NCBI GenBank assembly: GCA_964430945.1
Contig: CAYSHH010000002.1
Location: forward strand, 2,037 to 66,036
Origin: an uncultured Candidatus Saccharibacteria bacterium
GTDB lineage: Bacteria > Patescibacteriota > UBA1384 > JAMDBS01 > CAYSHH01
Direction: 5' to 3'
DNA length: 64,000 nucleotides
A program made the translations under genes and the position numbers. The first letter of the stretch is position 1; each line of letters starts with the position of its first letter. The notes below the pieces were generated by a model that was not told the DNA's origin, did not search any database, and saw only the letters and a program-made list of their open reading frames with translations. This document shows positions 1 to 8,680 of this stretch, piece by piece.

Positions 1-1
1 G

Positions 2-484
2 CAGTTTAAAAAAATAGGAGTAAATCCGAAAAATATTATTTCAATAAATTATGAATCGAAAGAGGTAGCTGAAGCAAACAATGGTTTATTGAAAGATTCT
101 GGGATCGAAATGAAACAAGGAGATGCAACAAATTTGCAAGATTTAATAGATGTTGGAGCGATAAAGGAAAGTCAGGATTGCGTAGTTGCGATGCACGTTT
201 TAGAAGTACCAGTTATTAAAGGTGAAGTTGAAAAGAGATTTGTTCAAAATTTATATCAAATATTAAAACCCGATGGCGAATTATTGGTTTCTCAGTATAA
301 GAGAAAATTAACATCCGAAGAAGCAGAAAAAATAGGTGTGCAAAAAAATGAAGAAGGTATCTATTTTAGTGAATTATCAAATATTAGATCTAAAGATAAA
401 TTAATTAATCTTTTTCAGAAATATTTTGAAATTGAGTTCGAAGAAAATAACAGCGAATATATACTTAGAATGAAAAAGAAATGA
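2..484 (+). CDS. Class I SAM-dependent methyltransferase-like protein, 5' partial
   Basis: Frame is open from the window start (QFKKIGVNPKNIISINYESKEV...). Motifs QGDATNL, DCVVAMHVLE and ILKPDGELLV fit a Rossmann methyltransferase. Confidence 0.65.
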   Translation, partial: QFKKIGVNPKNIISINYESKEVAEANNGLLKDSGIEMKQGDATNLQDLIDVGAIKESQDCVVAMHVLEVPVIKGEVEKRFVQNLYQILKPDGELLVSQYKRKLTSEEAEKIGVQKNEEGIYFSELSNIRSKDKLINLFQKYFEIEFEENNSEYILRMKKK

Positions 485-494
485 GGTTTTATAT

Positions 495-1295
495 ATGAAA
501 AATAGTGCAAAAATTGGGATTATCGGTGGGTCGGGATTTTATGAGCTTATGGAAAATCCTAAAGAAGTAGAAGTGAAAACTCCTTTTGGTAAACCGTCGG
601 ACAAAATTATGATTGGTAAATACGAAGATGTGGATGTAGTATTTTTACCTCGTCATGGGAGAAAACATCATTTGCCACCTCATAAGATTCCATATAAAGC
701 AAATATGTGGGCTTTTAAAGAGATGGGTGTTAAATATGTACTTGCACCTTGTGCTTGTGGAAGTTTGCAAGCTGATATAAAGCCAGGTGAGTTTGTAATA
801 GTCGATCAATTTGTAGATCGGACTTATGGTAGAGACGATACGTATTTTCATGGACCAGATGTAGCACATATCTCAGCTGCTGATCCATATTGTAATCACT
901 TAAGACTAGAAACTGCTAAAGCTTGTAAGAAATTAAAAATAAAATATCATCTTGGGGGCACAGTGGTGGTCATAAATGGACCACGATTTTCTACTCGTTC
1001 TGAGTCTCGATGGTTCTCGAAACAAGGTTGGGAAGTTATAAATATGACCAATTATCCAGAGTGTGTACTAGCAAGAGAACTGGAGATGTGTTATACAGCG
1101 ATATGCCTAGTTACTGATTATGATGCAGGACTAGAAGGAAATAAAAATATCCAAGCAGTAACTATGGATGAAGTGGCTAGGATATTTGCCAAGAATAATG
1201 AGAAGGTGAAAAAGTTAGTAAAATATATGATAACGCACATTGATCTTAAGAAGAAATGTGCGTGTCATAATGTGATAGAGAAAGCTAGAGTTTAA
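495..1295 (+). CDS. mtnP: S-methyl-5'-thioadenosine phosphorylase
   Basis: IGIIGGSG, LPRHG, GPRFSTRSES, INMT and LVTDYD motifs of the PNP/MTAP family. Confidence 0.92.
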   Translation: MKNSAKIGIIGGSGFYELMENPKEVEVKTPFGKPSDKIMIGKYEDVDVVFLPRHGRKHHLPPHKIPYKANMWAFKEMGVKYVLAPCACGSLQADIKPGEFVIVDQFVDRTYGRDDTYFHGPDVAHISAADPYCNHLRLETAKACKKLKIKYHLGGTVVVINGPRFSTRSESRWFSKQGWEVINMTNYPECVLARELEMCYTAICLVTDYDAGLEGNKNIQAVTMDEVARIFAKNNEKVKKLVKYMITHIDLKKKCACHNVIEKARV

Positions 1296-1306
1296 TATTT
1301 TTCTAA

Positions 1307-1349
1307 AAGGGATAGGAAACACCTTTTCGATGGCAGTTTCCTATCCCTT
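1307..1349. terminator. Perfect 14-bp inverted repeat after mtnP, likely terminator
   Basis: aagggataggaaac (1307-1320) pairs with gtttcctatccctt (1336-1349). Confidence 0.6.
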
Positions 1350-1497
1350 ATTTATCCCAACCTTCGCCCCGATTTTACAAGAAGCATAAATATTTATATT
1401 TATCCTAAAATAATCTGAACTCGCTAATGCTCAGACGGCAACTTATTTTGATATAAATTATAAATATTTATTTTCTGTAAAAGGGAAAAAATAAGGG
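1345..1497. repeat. About 150-bp imperfect inverted-repeat element (MITE/REP-like)
   Basis: Nested arms: cccttattt..tccc/gggaaaaaataaggg, ttttaca/tgtaaaa, ataaatatttata/tataaatatttat, aaaataa/ttatttt, tctga/tcaga. Confidence 0.55.
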
Positions 1498-1511
1498 TTT
1501 ATTTTATTAAT

Positions 1512-2510
1512 ATGAAATACAGTAAACAGATAGTAATTTATAAAGATAAAAAAGGTGAGACTGAGATTGAAGTTAATCTTGAAAAAGATACGATTTGGCT
1601 TAGTCAAAAACAAATTGCATTACTCTTTGGTACTAAAAGACCTGCGATCACTAAGCATCTGTCGAATATTTTTAAGACAAGAGAACTTGATGAAAAAGAG
1701 GTCAGTTCCATTTTGGAACATACCACTCGACATGGTGCAGTAAAAGGTAAGACTCAAACTAGGAAAGTTAAGTATTATAATCTTGATGCAATAATCTCAA
1801 TTGGTTATCGGGTAAATTCTAAAAAAGCTACAGAGTTTCGAAAGTGGGCGACAAATACTTTACGACATCATCTGGTGGATGGGTATACAATAAACGAAAA
1901 ACGTCTTTTGGAAGAAAAGAAGAAATTTTCTGATCTCAAAGAAGCAATCGGTTTTATCGAAAAACAATCCGATCATTATCTTTTGCAAGGCAAGACTCGA
2001 GAATTATTATCTCTTATCGGAGATTATTCAGAGTCTTTGTCACTTTTAAAAAAGTATGATGAAGGAAAAATCAGGGTTGAAACAATCGGAAGACCAGTTT
2101 ACAAATTGACATACACAGAGTGTAAAGAAATGATAAATAGTATTTCAATTGAGCTTGTGGCTAAAAAAGAAGCTGGAAGATTGTTTGGTTCGGAAGTAAA
2201 CAATAAACTTAAGTCAATTATTGGAGCTATATATCAAACATTTAATGGAGCGAATTTGTATAAAAGTACTGAAGAAAAAGCAGCAAATCTTTTGTATCTA
2301 GTAATTAAAGATCACCCATTTTCTGATGGTAATAAGCGAATTGGGGCAATCTTGTTTGTATATTTTTTGGAAAAAAATAAATATCTTTATAAAAATCATA
2401 TTCGTAAAATTAGCAATAATACTCTGGTGTCTCTGGCACTTTTGGTTGCTACTTCTGATCCAAAAGATAAAAAATTATTGGTAAATATAATTATGAGTTT
2501 GATACAATAG
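1512..2510 (+). CDS. RhuM-family / Fic-DOC fusion protein
   Basis: N-terminal RhuM motifs (TIWLSQKQIALLF, YNLDAIISIGYRVNS, FRKWAT) and a C-terminal Doc-type Fic motif HPFSDGNKR. Confidence 0.9.
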   Translation: MKYSKQIVIYKDKKGETEIEVNLEKDTIWLSQKQIALLFGTKRPAITKHLSNIFKTRELDEKEVSSILEHTTRHGAVKGKTQTRKVKYYNLDAIISIGYRVNSKKATEFRKWATNTLRHHLVDGYTINEKRLLEEKKKFSDLKEAIGFIEKQSDHYLLQGKTRELLSLIGDYSESLSLLKKYDEGKIRVETIGRPVYKLTYTECKEMINSISIELVAKKEAGRLFGSEVNNKLKSIIGAIYQTFNGANLYKSTEEKAANLLYLVIKDHPFSDGNKRIGAILFVYFLEKNKYLYKNHIRKISNNTLVSLALLVATSDPKDKKLLVNIIMSLIQ

Positions 2511-2529
2511 GAATAGGTAAATAAATATT

Positions 2530-3030
2530 ATGAACAAAAAAATACAAGTTATTAAGAATTATCCATTTGTAATTGTAGGAGCTGTTTTTGGTCGAAAGGA
2601 TAAAATTGTTTTAGTGCAAGAAGCAAAAACTGATGCTGGTATGTGGAATATTCCTTCGGGTTGGCTTGAGAAAGCTGAAAATCCAATATTAGGTGCTCAA
2701 AGAGAAGTTGAAGAGGAAACAGGTATCCAAGTTAAAATTACAGGACTTTTGGGTGTTTATAATTCAATTTTTGATAAGCATGCTAAAGATATTAATATGA
2801 TTTTTAAAAATCACCATGCGTTAAGAATAATATTCAAAGCAGAAATCATAGAAGAAAAAAAACTAAAAAACAATAATGAAATATCTAAAATCGGCTGGTT
2901 TAGTGAAGATGATATTTTAAAAATGAGTAACAATTTAAGGGATCCAAATATTAAAAATGAAGTAAAAGATTATTTTTCAGGTAAAAAATATCCGTTAAGT
3001 GTTATTAAATATACGAAAGTTAAATTATGA
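2530..3030 (+). CDS. NUDIX hydrolase
   Basis: Nudix box GWLEKAENPILGAQREVEEETG. Confidence 0.9.
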   Translation: MNKKIQVIKNYPFVIVGAVFGRKDKIVLVQEAKTDAGMWNIPSGWLEKAENPILGAQREVEEETGIQVKITGLLGVYNSIFDKHAKDINMIFKNHHALRIIFKAEIIEEKKLKNNNEISKIGWFSEDDILKMSNNLRDPNIKNEVKDYFSGKKYPLSVIKYTKVKL

Positions 3031-3437
3031 AAATTGTTATTTGTGGGAGTATGACTTTTTCTAAAGAGATGGTAAAAACCAAGGAAGAGCTTAAAAAACT
3101 TGGGCATGTTGGCATATTGACGGAAATGATGAACGCATATCTTTTGGATGATCCAAAAGAAATTGAGAGAGTCACTATAAAGTATAAAACAGAAAAAAAT
3201 GCAATCATAGAATATTGGGATTTTATTAAGAATTCTGATGCTATATTGGTAGTAAACTATGACAGGAAAGGAATCAAAAATTATATAGGAGGCAATGCAT
3301 TTTTAGAAATGGGGTTTGCGTATGGGTTTGGCAAAAAAATATTTTTAATAAATTCCATACCAGATATGATATATACAGATGAACTTAAAGCTATGAGACC
3401 TATAATAATAAATAGAAACTTGAAGAAAATTAAATAA
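3027..3437 (+). CDS. Nucleoside 2-deoxyribosyltransferase-like protein (paralog 1)
   Basis: KIVICGSM, SDAILVVN and GGNAFLEMGFA (putative catalytic Glu) fit an NDT/N-glycosidase fold. Confidence 0.6.
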   Translation: MKIVICGSMTFSKEMVKTKEELKKLGHVGILTEMMNAYLLDDPKEIERVTIKYKTEKNAIIEYWDFIKNSDAILVVNYDRKGIKNYIGGNAFLEMGFAYGFGKKIFLINSIPDMIYTDELKAMRPIIINRNLKKIK

Positions 3438-3444
3438 TTATATT

Positions 3445-3858
3445 ATGAAAATTGTTATTTGTGGCAGTATGAGTTTTGCAAAAAAAATTGTAGAAGTTAC
3501 TGATAAACTTCTTGATTTGGGACATAAAGTGCACTTACCACCGAATGTGAGAAAATATGCATCTGGCATGAAACCAAGTGAAACGAGGAGCGAATCGATT
3601 AAAAATAAAGTAGAAAAAGATCTTATCAGAAAGTACTATCAATGGATAAAAGAAGCAGATGTCGTATTAATAGTTAATGAAGATAAAAATGATATTAAAA
3701 ATTATATCGGTGGCAATGCTTTTATTGAGATGGCGTTTGGGTATGTATTGAATAAAAAGATATATCTTCTCAATTCAATACCCGAAGTGAGTTATAAAGA
3801 TGAGATCATTGCCATGAAACCAATAGTGATCGATAGTGATTTGGAGAAAATTAAATAG
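3445..3858 (+). CDS. Nucleoside 2-deoxyribosyltransferase-like protein (paralog 2)
   Basis: Same motifs as the upstream gene (KIVICGSM, ADVVLIVN, NYIGGNAFIEMAF). Confidence 0.6.
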   Translation: MKIVICGSMSFAKKIVEVTDKLLDLGHKVHLPPNVRKYASGMKPSETRSESIKNKVEKDLIRKYYQWIKEADVVLIVNEDKNDIKNYIGGNAFIEMAFGYVLNKKIYLLNSIPEVSYKDEIIAMKPIVIDSDLEKIK

Positions 3859-3870
3859 AAGGGATGAGAT

Positions 3871-4719
3871 ATGCCAGAATTACCAGAAGTAGAAACTATA
3901 AAGAGGCAACTCAAAGATAAGATTGTTGGTAAGAAAATTATTGATGTAGAAGTGAGGAAACAAAAACTTTTTCAAGGAGAAGTAAGTGATGTGGTAGGTA
4001 GTAAAATAGTTAATGTAGATCGAAGAGCTAAGATGCTAGTAATTGATTTAGATAACAAAAAACACATGCTTTTTCATCTTAAAATGTCAGGCCAGGTGAT
4101 ATTTAGAAATAAAGAAGGTAAATTTGGAGGTGGACATCCGATACCCAAATTTGATACATCGCTTCCTGGAAAGATGACCCATGTTATATTTACACTCGAT
4201 AATCAAAGCCATATCTATTTTAATGAACAGCGACAATTTGGCTGGATAAAAGTTATGAATGATGATGAGCTTAAAAAAGAGTTTGGTAAATACGGTATTG
4301 AGCCACTATCACGTGAATTTACATTTGCCAAATTTAAAGAGCTTGTGTTAAAGCGAAAGCGATCACAGATCAAGCCAGTTCTTATGGATCAAGCACTTAT
4401 TGCAGGTGTTGGAAATATTTATGCATCGGAGGCGTGTTTCTTGGCAAAAGTTGATCCGACAAGGACAGTGGGTTCGCTTAGTGATAGTGAGCTTAGAGTA
4501 GTTTATGATGGAATAAAAAAAATACTTCCTATCGCGATCAAATATCAAGGAACAAGTGCTGATCTTTATGTAAATGCTGCTGGTGAGCCTGGCAAATATG
4601 AACAATACTTACAAGTTTATGGTCGAGCTGGTGAGAAATGCTTAAGATGTGGTGAAATTATTAAAAAAATCAAACAGTCCGGCAGAGGGACATATTATTG
4701 CCCTGCGTGTCAAAGATGA
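3871..4719 (+). CDS. mutM: Formamidopyrimidine-DNA glycosylase
   Basis: MPELPEVET N-terminus, HLKMSG, GVGNIYASE and a C-terminal CxxC...CxxC zinc finger. Confidence 0.97.
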   Translation: MPELPEVETIKRQLKDKIVGKKIIDVEVRKQKLFQGEVSDVVGSKIVNVDRRAKMLVIDLDNKKHMLFHLKMSGQVIFRNKEGKFGGGHPIPKFDTSLPGKMTHVIFTLDNQSHIYFNEQRQFGWIKVMNDDELKKEFGKYGIEPLSREFTFAKFKELVLKRKRSQIKPVLMDQALIAGVGNIYASEACFLAKVDPTRTVGSLSDSELRVVYDGIKKILPIAIKYQGTSADLYVNAAGEPGKYEQYLQVYGRAGEKCLRCGEIIKKIKQSGRGTYYCPACQR

Positions 4720-4757
4720 CTTAGTTTTTATATAAATTTTTATAACGAAAGGAAAAT

Positions 4758-5024
4758 ATGTTAGGAGTTGAATTGTTGTCTAAGCCTGATGGCAATAACG
4801 AGTTTCGAGGAGAGATTAAAAATCAAACGCGCAAATACGAAGGTAAAGGGATTTCTGATATTAACGACGAAAGTAGAGAAAATGTAATGGAAAATTATGA
4901 TAAAAAAAACAGAGAATTACTTGAAAAAAAAGAATCATTGGAAAAAATAATTAAGGATACCCAAGGATTAATTAATACTGGTTATAAGGAGCCTACAGAA
5001 GTGGATAAAAAATCAGAAAAATAA
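4758..5024 (+). CDS. Hypothetical protein
   Basis: 88-aa ORF with aagga RBS that fills the intergenic gap. No motif recognised. Confidence 0.55.
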   Translation: MLGVELLSKPDGNNEFRGEIKNQTRKYEGKGISDINDESRENVMENYDKKNRELLEKKESLEKIIKDTQGLINTGYKEPTEVDKKSEK

Positions 5025-5042
5025 AGAAATCAGACTTTATAT

Positions 5043-5804
5043 ATGAAATATACAAATGTTTGTATTGGTATTTTAGCTTCTGGAAAAGGGACTAGATTTC
5101 GAGAAGTTGTCGGAGATACGACTTCCAAATGCATGGTTGATCTGGGTGGTAAGCCGATGCTTAGCTATATTGTTGAGACATTAGATCTTATTGGTTTTGA
5201 AAAACCAACAATTGTTGTAGGTTATAAGCAAAAACAAATACGAGATTTTTTTTGTGATCGTGTTCAATATGTAGTGCAGTCAAAGAGGATGGGGACAGGA
5301 CATGCTGGGAAAATATTACTAAATTCTGTGAATGATAAAAATATTAAATTCCTGATGATTTTTCAGGGTGATGATTCGGCTTTTTATACTACAAAGGTTA
5401 TAAGGAATTTTATAAATGACTTTTTGGAGAAAAAAGCGGTACTTAGTTTTATGACCGTTGAGCTTGATGACCCATCGGGATATGGTAGAGTGATCAGAGA
5501 TAAAAATAAAAATGTGGTAGAAATTATCGAGAAGGAAAATCTTAAGCCAGAGCATTATCAATATCGAGAAATCAATGCTGCTGGATATTTATTTGATATC
5601 GCTTGGATGAGAAAAAATATAAAAAAGCTTAAAAAACATATGCCAAAAGGAGAGTATTATCTTCCCGATCTTATAAAGCTGGCAATTAGTCAAAAGAAAA
5701 AAGTGATCGGCTATAAAATACCCCAGTCAAATTGGGTAGGTGTAAATACACCTGAAGAATATGAGAGAGCTTGCAAAATGATGAAGTTGATAAATGGAAA
5801 TTGA
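5043..5804 (+). CDS. Sugar-phosphate nucleotidyltransferase (GlmU N-terminal domain only)
   Basis: ILASGKGTR, GTGHA, GDD, DPSGYGRVIRD, EINAAGY, EYYLPD and GVNT motifs. No acetyltransferase domain follows. Confidence 0.85.
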   Translation: MKYTNVCIGILASGKGTRFREVVGDTTSKCMVDLGGKPMLSYIVETLDLIGFEKPTIVVGYKQKQIRDFFCDRVQYVVQSKRMGTGHAGKILLNSVNDKNIKFLMIFQGDDSAFYTTKVIRNFINDFLEKKAVLSFMTVELDDPSGYGRVIRDKNKNVVEIIEKENLKPEHYQYREINAAGYLFDIAWMRKNIKKLKKHMPKGEYYLPDLIKLAISQKKKVIGYKIPQSNWVGVNTPEEYERACKMMKLINGN

Positions 5805-5830
5805 CAAGTATATTTTGCTTATGATATTAT
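5801..5830 (+). promoter_or_regulatory. Sigma70-type promoter
   Basis: TTGACA at 5801-5806, 18-nt spacer, extended -10 TGaTATTAT at 5822-5830. Confidence 0.6.
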
Positions 5831-5840
5831 AAAAAAAGCT

Positions 5841-5927
5841 ATGGAAAATATTAATCGTCCAACATGGTTTATACTTATTCTAGGTCTGTTTATTAGATCT
5901 AGTTTTGTGTTGGGAGATAATATATAA
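5841..5927 (+). CDS. Putative 28-aa leader peptide MENINRPTWFILILGLFIRSSFVLGDNI
   Basis: ATG lies 10 nt after the -10 box. Its 3' end (tgggagat) is complementary to the downstream terminator's left arm. Confidence 0.5.
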   Translation: MENINRPTWFILILGLFIRSSFVLGDNI

Positions 5928-5950
5928 AATAGCATTAAATGATAATATAT

Positions 5951-5980
5951 AAAAAATCTCCCAGCAACGGGAGATTTTTT
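5951..5980 (+). terminator. Intrinsic terminator / attenuator hairpin
   Basis: aaaaaatctccc-agcaac-gggagatttttt. Confidence 0.75.
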
Positions 5981-6016
5981 GGATTTTCGGTCATTAAAAA
6001 TAAGGGAGGAAATAAT

Positions 6017-6763
6017 ATGTATGATGGAATTTATATCAAATCTCATCAAGCAGTTTCAGAGCTGCAAAGAAGGAAGAAAAATAAAACTTTAGACGGAATG
6101 ATTGAAAAATGGTTTTGTGAGAATCATCTTCCTGAAGGATTTGTGAATTTAACTAAACACAATGTTGTTGGAGTTTTAGCTAGACATGTTCCTAGCTATA
6201 AATATGAAGATATAAAATTTATAGAGATCGCAAATAAGTTGGGTATAATACCTTATTGGATCTCATACAGGAAAGATACGTTTACAACTCGTAATCCTGA
6301 TAAGAATTCTTTATGGAAACTCTCTGTGCCGAATGGCAAGGGATTAAGAAATATAAAATTATTAAAGAGACCTGATAGATATGAAAGATTTTCTTTAGAC
6401 CAAATTGTATTAAGAAATGGAGAAAAACTTGTAGATTTTCACAAAAGAATTAGAAAATTTTTTATACCAGATCTGTGTGAGAATATCGTCGAATGTTCTC
6501 CATGGTTGGGAAAATTTAAAAATTCAAGAGAATACTACAAGTATTATTTGGCATTGTTTATCAAGCACGCAATACTTTTTGAAGAATTTCATCCTCAAGG
6601 GTCAAATAAAGATGAAGATAAATTTAGAATGCAAGTTGTAGAACCGGCCATAGTAAAGATTGAAGAATTCTTTGGATTAAAGCCACTTATCGTAAGAATA
6701 CCATGGATAGGTAATGAACTTAATACCTATCCAAAAGAAATAGAAGAACTAATACATTATTAA
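6017..6763 (+). CDS. Hypothetical protein, probably an enzyme
   Basis: Strong RBS gggagga before ATG 6017, so the ORF-track start at 5939 is probably too long. 248-aa globular alpha/beta-looking sequence with no confident family. Confidence 0.75.
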   Translation: MYDGIYIKSHQAVSELQRRKKNKTLDGMIEKWFCENHLPEGFVNLTKHNVVGVLARHVPSYKYEDIKFIEIANKLGIIPYWISYRKDTFTTRNPDKNSLWKLSVPNGKGLRNIKLLKRPDRYERFSLDQIVLRNGEKLVDFHKRIRKFFIPDLCENIVECSPWLGKFKNSREYYKYYLALFIKHAILFEEFHPQGSNKDEDKFRMQVVEPAIVKIEEFFGLKPLIVRIPWIGNELNTYPKEIEELIHY

Positions 6764-6769
6764 AAATTT

Positions 6770-6800
6770 GGACGTAATATAAAAATATTGCGTCCTTTTT
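6770..6800 (+). terminator. Intrinsic terminator
   Basis: ggacgtaatat-aaaa-atattgcgtcc followed by a T-run. Confidence 0.75.
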
Positions 6801-6836
6801 CTTGTATTATAGGAGTTAAAATAATATTATGTATAT

Positions 6837-7769
6837 ATGAATAAAAGAAATATTATCAAAAAAATATTAAAGTTTTCTCCACGATCGGGAGAGAATGAGA
6901 TGAGGGTGGTTAATCTTATAAAAAAAATTTTAAATAGCAAAAAAATTAACCATCAAATCCAATATTTTTATAATTATTATCCTAAGGAGAAATCTTGCGA
7001 TCTAAATATTGACGGTAAGTCTATGAAATCACAATCATGCTGTTTTGAATCTGGGAAAATAAGGGATAAAAAGATTGTAAATTCAATTGATTTCGATTGT
7101 GAAGACGATGGCAATGTAATCAGTTATAATCCAGAATGTGATGGGGTGTCTTTGAGTACTTATTATAGAAAAGCATCTTTAGCAATAAAAAGGGGTGATC
7201 TAAAAAAAATAAAAAATGCGATAAATGTTAGTGCGGTAATTAAAATTGTCAAACAAAAATTTAGGTCAGCTAATATTTTATTGGGCAATAGTAAAAATCC
7301 TAGGAATGTTTTATTTTGTCATTTTGATTCCGTATTAAAGGGAGCAGTTGATAATGCTAGTGGAGTAAGTGTATTGCTAGATATTGCTATAAGTGACAAA
7401 AAATATTTAAAGAATAATCTATTGGTATTCTCTGGAAGCGAAGAAATTAGCTACGATTGGCCAATCTATTGGGGATATGGATATAGAATATTTGAAAAAG
7501 AACACGGAAATTTATTGGATCAGGTAAGTAAGATACTGGTTATTGACAGCGTGGGTAATGGAATATCTAATGTGTCCCAAGATCAAGAATTACAAAAATT
7601 AGCTTTTCCAATAAATGAATTATCGAGATTAAAGAAAAAAATATTTATTGTTCATGGCGATATGGATAAACTGATGAAAATATATCATTCTGATCTGGAC
7701 GATGTAGATCAGATAGAGGAAAATGTTTTAGATCAAACCAAGGAAAAAATTCTACAGCTAATTATATAG
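6837..7769 (+). CDS. M28-family metallopeptidase
   Basis: HFDS, GAVDNASG, SEE, IDSVG and YHSDLD zinc-ligand motifs. Confidence 0.85.
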   Translation: MNKRNIIKKILKFSPRSGENEMRVVNLIKKILNSKKINHQIQYFYNYYPKEKSCDLNIDGKSMKSQSCCFESGKIRDKKIVNSIDFDCEDDGNVISYNPECDGVSLSTYYRKASLAIKRGDLKKIKNAINVSAVIKIVKQKFRSANILLGNSKNPRNVLFCHFDSVLKGAVDNASGVSVLLDIAISDKKYLKNNLLVFSGSEEISYDWPIYWGYGYRIFEKEHGNLLDQVSKILVIDSVGNGISNVSQDQELQKLAFPINELSRLKKKIFIVHGDMDKLMKIYHSDLDDVDQIEENVLDQTKEKILQLII

Positions 7770-7771
7770 TT

Positions 7772-8500
7772 ATGCGACAATATAAAACTCAAGGTATTAT
7801 TATCAAGCGATCTAACTTCTCAGAATCTGATCGGTTGCTTACGATATATACCAGAGATTATGGTAAAGTGCGCGCTATTGCCAAAGGTGTACGGAAAACT
7901 AGATCAAAACTTTCGGGGCACATGGAATTGTTTTACCTGGTGGATTTTCAGATACATAAGGGTAAAAATTTGGATATGATAATAGGTGCAAGCCTAATAG
8001 AAAAATATAATAATATTCGTTTGGATAGAGAGCTTATTAATTATACATACTATATGTCCGAACTTGTGTACCGATCCACTCACGAAAACTTAGCAAGCAA
8101 AAAAATATTTAATCTTTTAAAAGATATTTTTTCGGATTTGAGTCAAAAAAATAAAGAAAAATTAATTTGTTATTTTGAATTAAAACTTTTTGATATTTTG
8201 GGGCATAGGCCTGAGGTTGGGAAATGTGTAATTTGTTCTCGGGAAATTAATGAAGATAAAAATTATTTTGATTATTCTTGTGGTGGTCTTATTTGTACAA
8301 AGTGTCTTACTAATAAGGACAAGGCAATAGAAATAGATAAAAATTTGGTGAAGATGTTAAGAATAATTGAAAAGCAGAACCAAACATATTTTCAAAGAAT
8401 AAAAACCAATAACAAGATGATGACAGATTTGAGAAGTTGTATATGTCAAATTCGATATAATGTGCTTGAAGATGAGCTTAAAAGCAGCAGATTTTTATAG
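7772..8500 (+). CDS. recO: DNA repair protein RecO
   Basis: N-terminal OB fold (ESDRLLTIYT..GKV.AIAKG) and a CxxC...CxxC zinc motif. Confidence 0.95.
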   Translation: MRQYKTQGIIIKRSNFSESDRLLTIYTRDYGKVRAIAKGVRKTRSKLSGHMELFYLVDFQIHKGKNLDMIIGASLIEKYNNIRLDRELINYTYYMSELVYRSTHENLASKKIFNLLKDIFSDLSQKNKEKLICYFELKLFDILGHRPEVGKCVICSREINEDKNYFDYSCGGLICTKCLTNKDKAIEIDKNLVKMLRIIEKQNQTYFQRIKTNNKMMTDLRSCICQIRYNVLEDELKSSRFL

Positions 8501-8680
8501 GTCTTTTCAAGGGGGGCTTAATCTGTTATGCTAGAATCGCAAATATAAAAATAAGAATTGATGTCTGTTTTCGGTCCAACTGTAGGAATGACCAGCTTTT
8601 CTGATTGCAGTGTGGTTTTCGAAAAAATTTTCTGGCTCGTTTCTCTTTTATGAAATCGTGCCATGACAATGGAGCTAAAT

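Noticed and set aside
5939-6016. ORF-track N-terminal extension of the 274-aa ORF
   Set aside because: It runs through the terminator hairpin. A strong RBS supports ATG 6017.
6017-7769. RiPP-like or cyclodipeptide-synthase cluster (peptide, unknown enzyme, M28 peptidase)
   Set aside because: No CDPS YxxxExP motif, a terminator separates the unknown gene from the peptidase, and attenuation explains the peptide better.
8568-8625. Possible long hairpin in the alr 5' leader (ttttcg..actgta/tgcagt..cgaaaa)
   Set aside because: Many mismatches, no known riboswitch motif and no terminator or SD sequestration, so support is insufficient.
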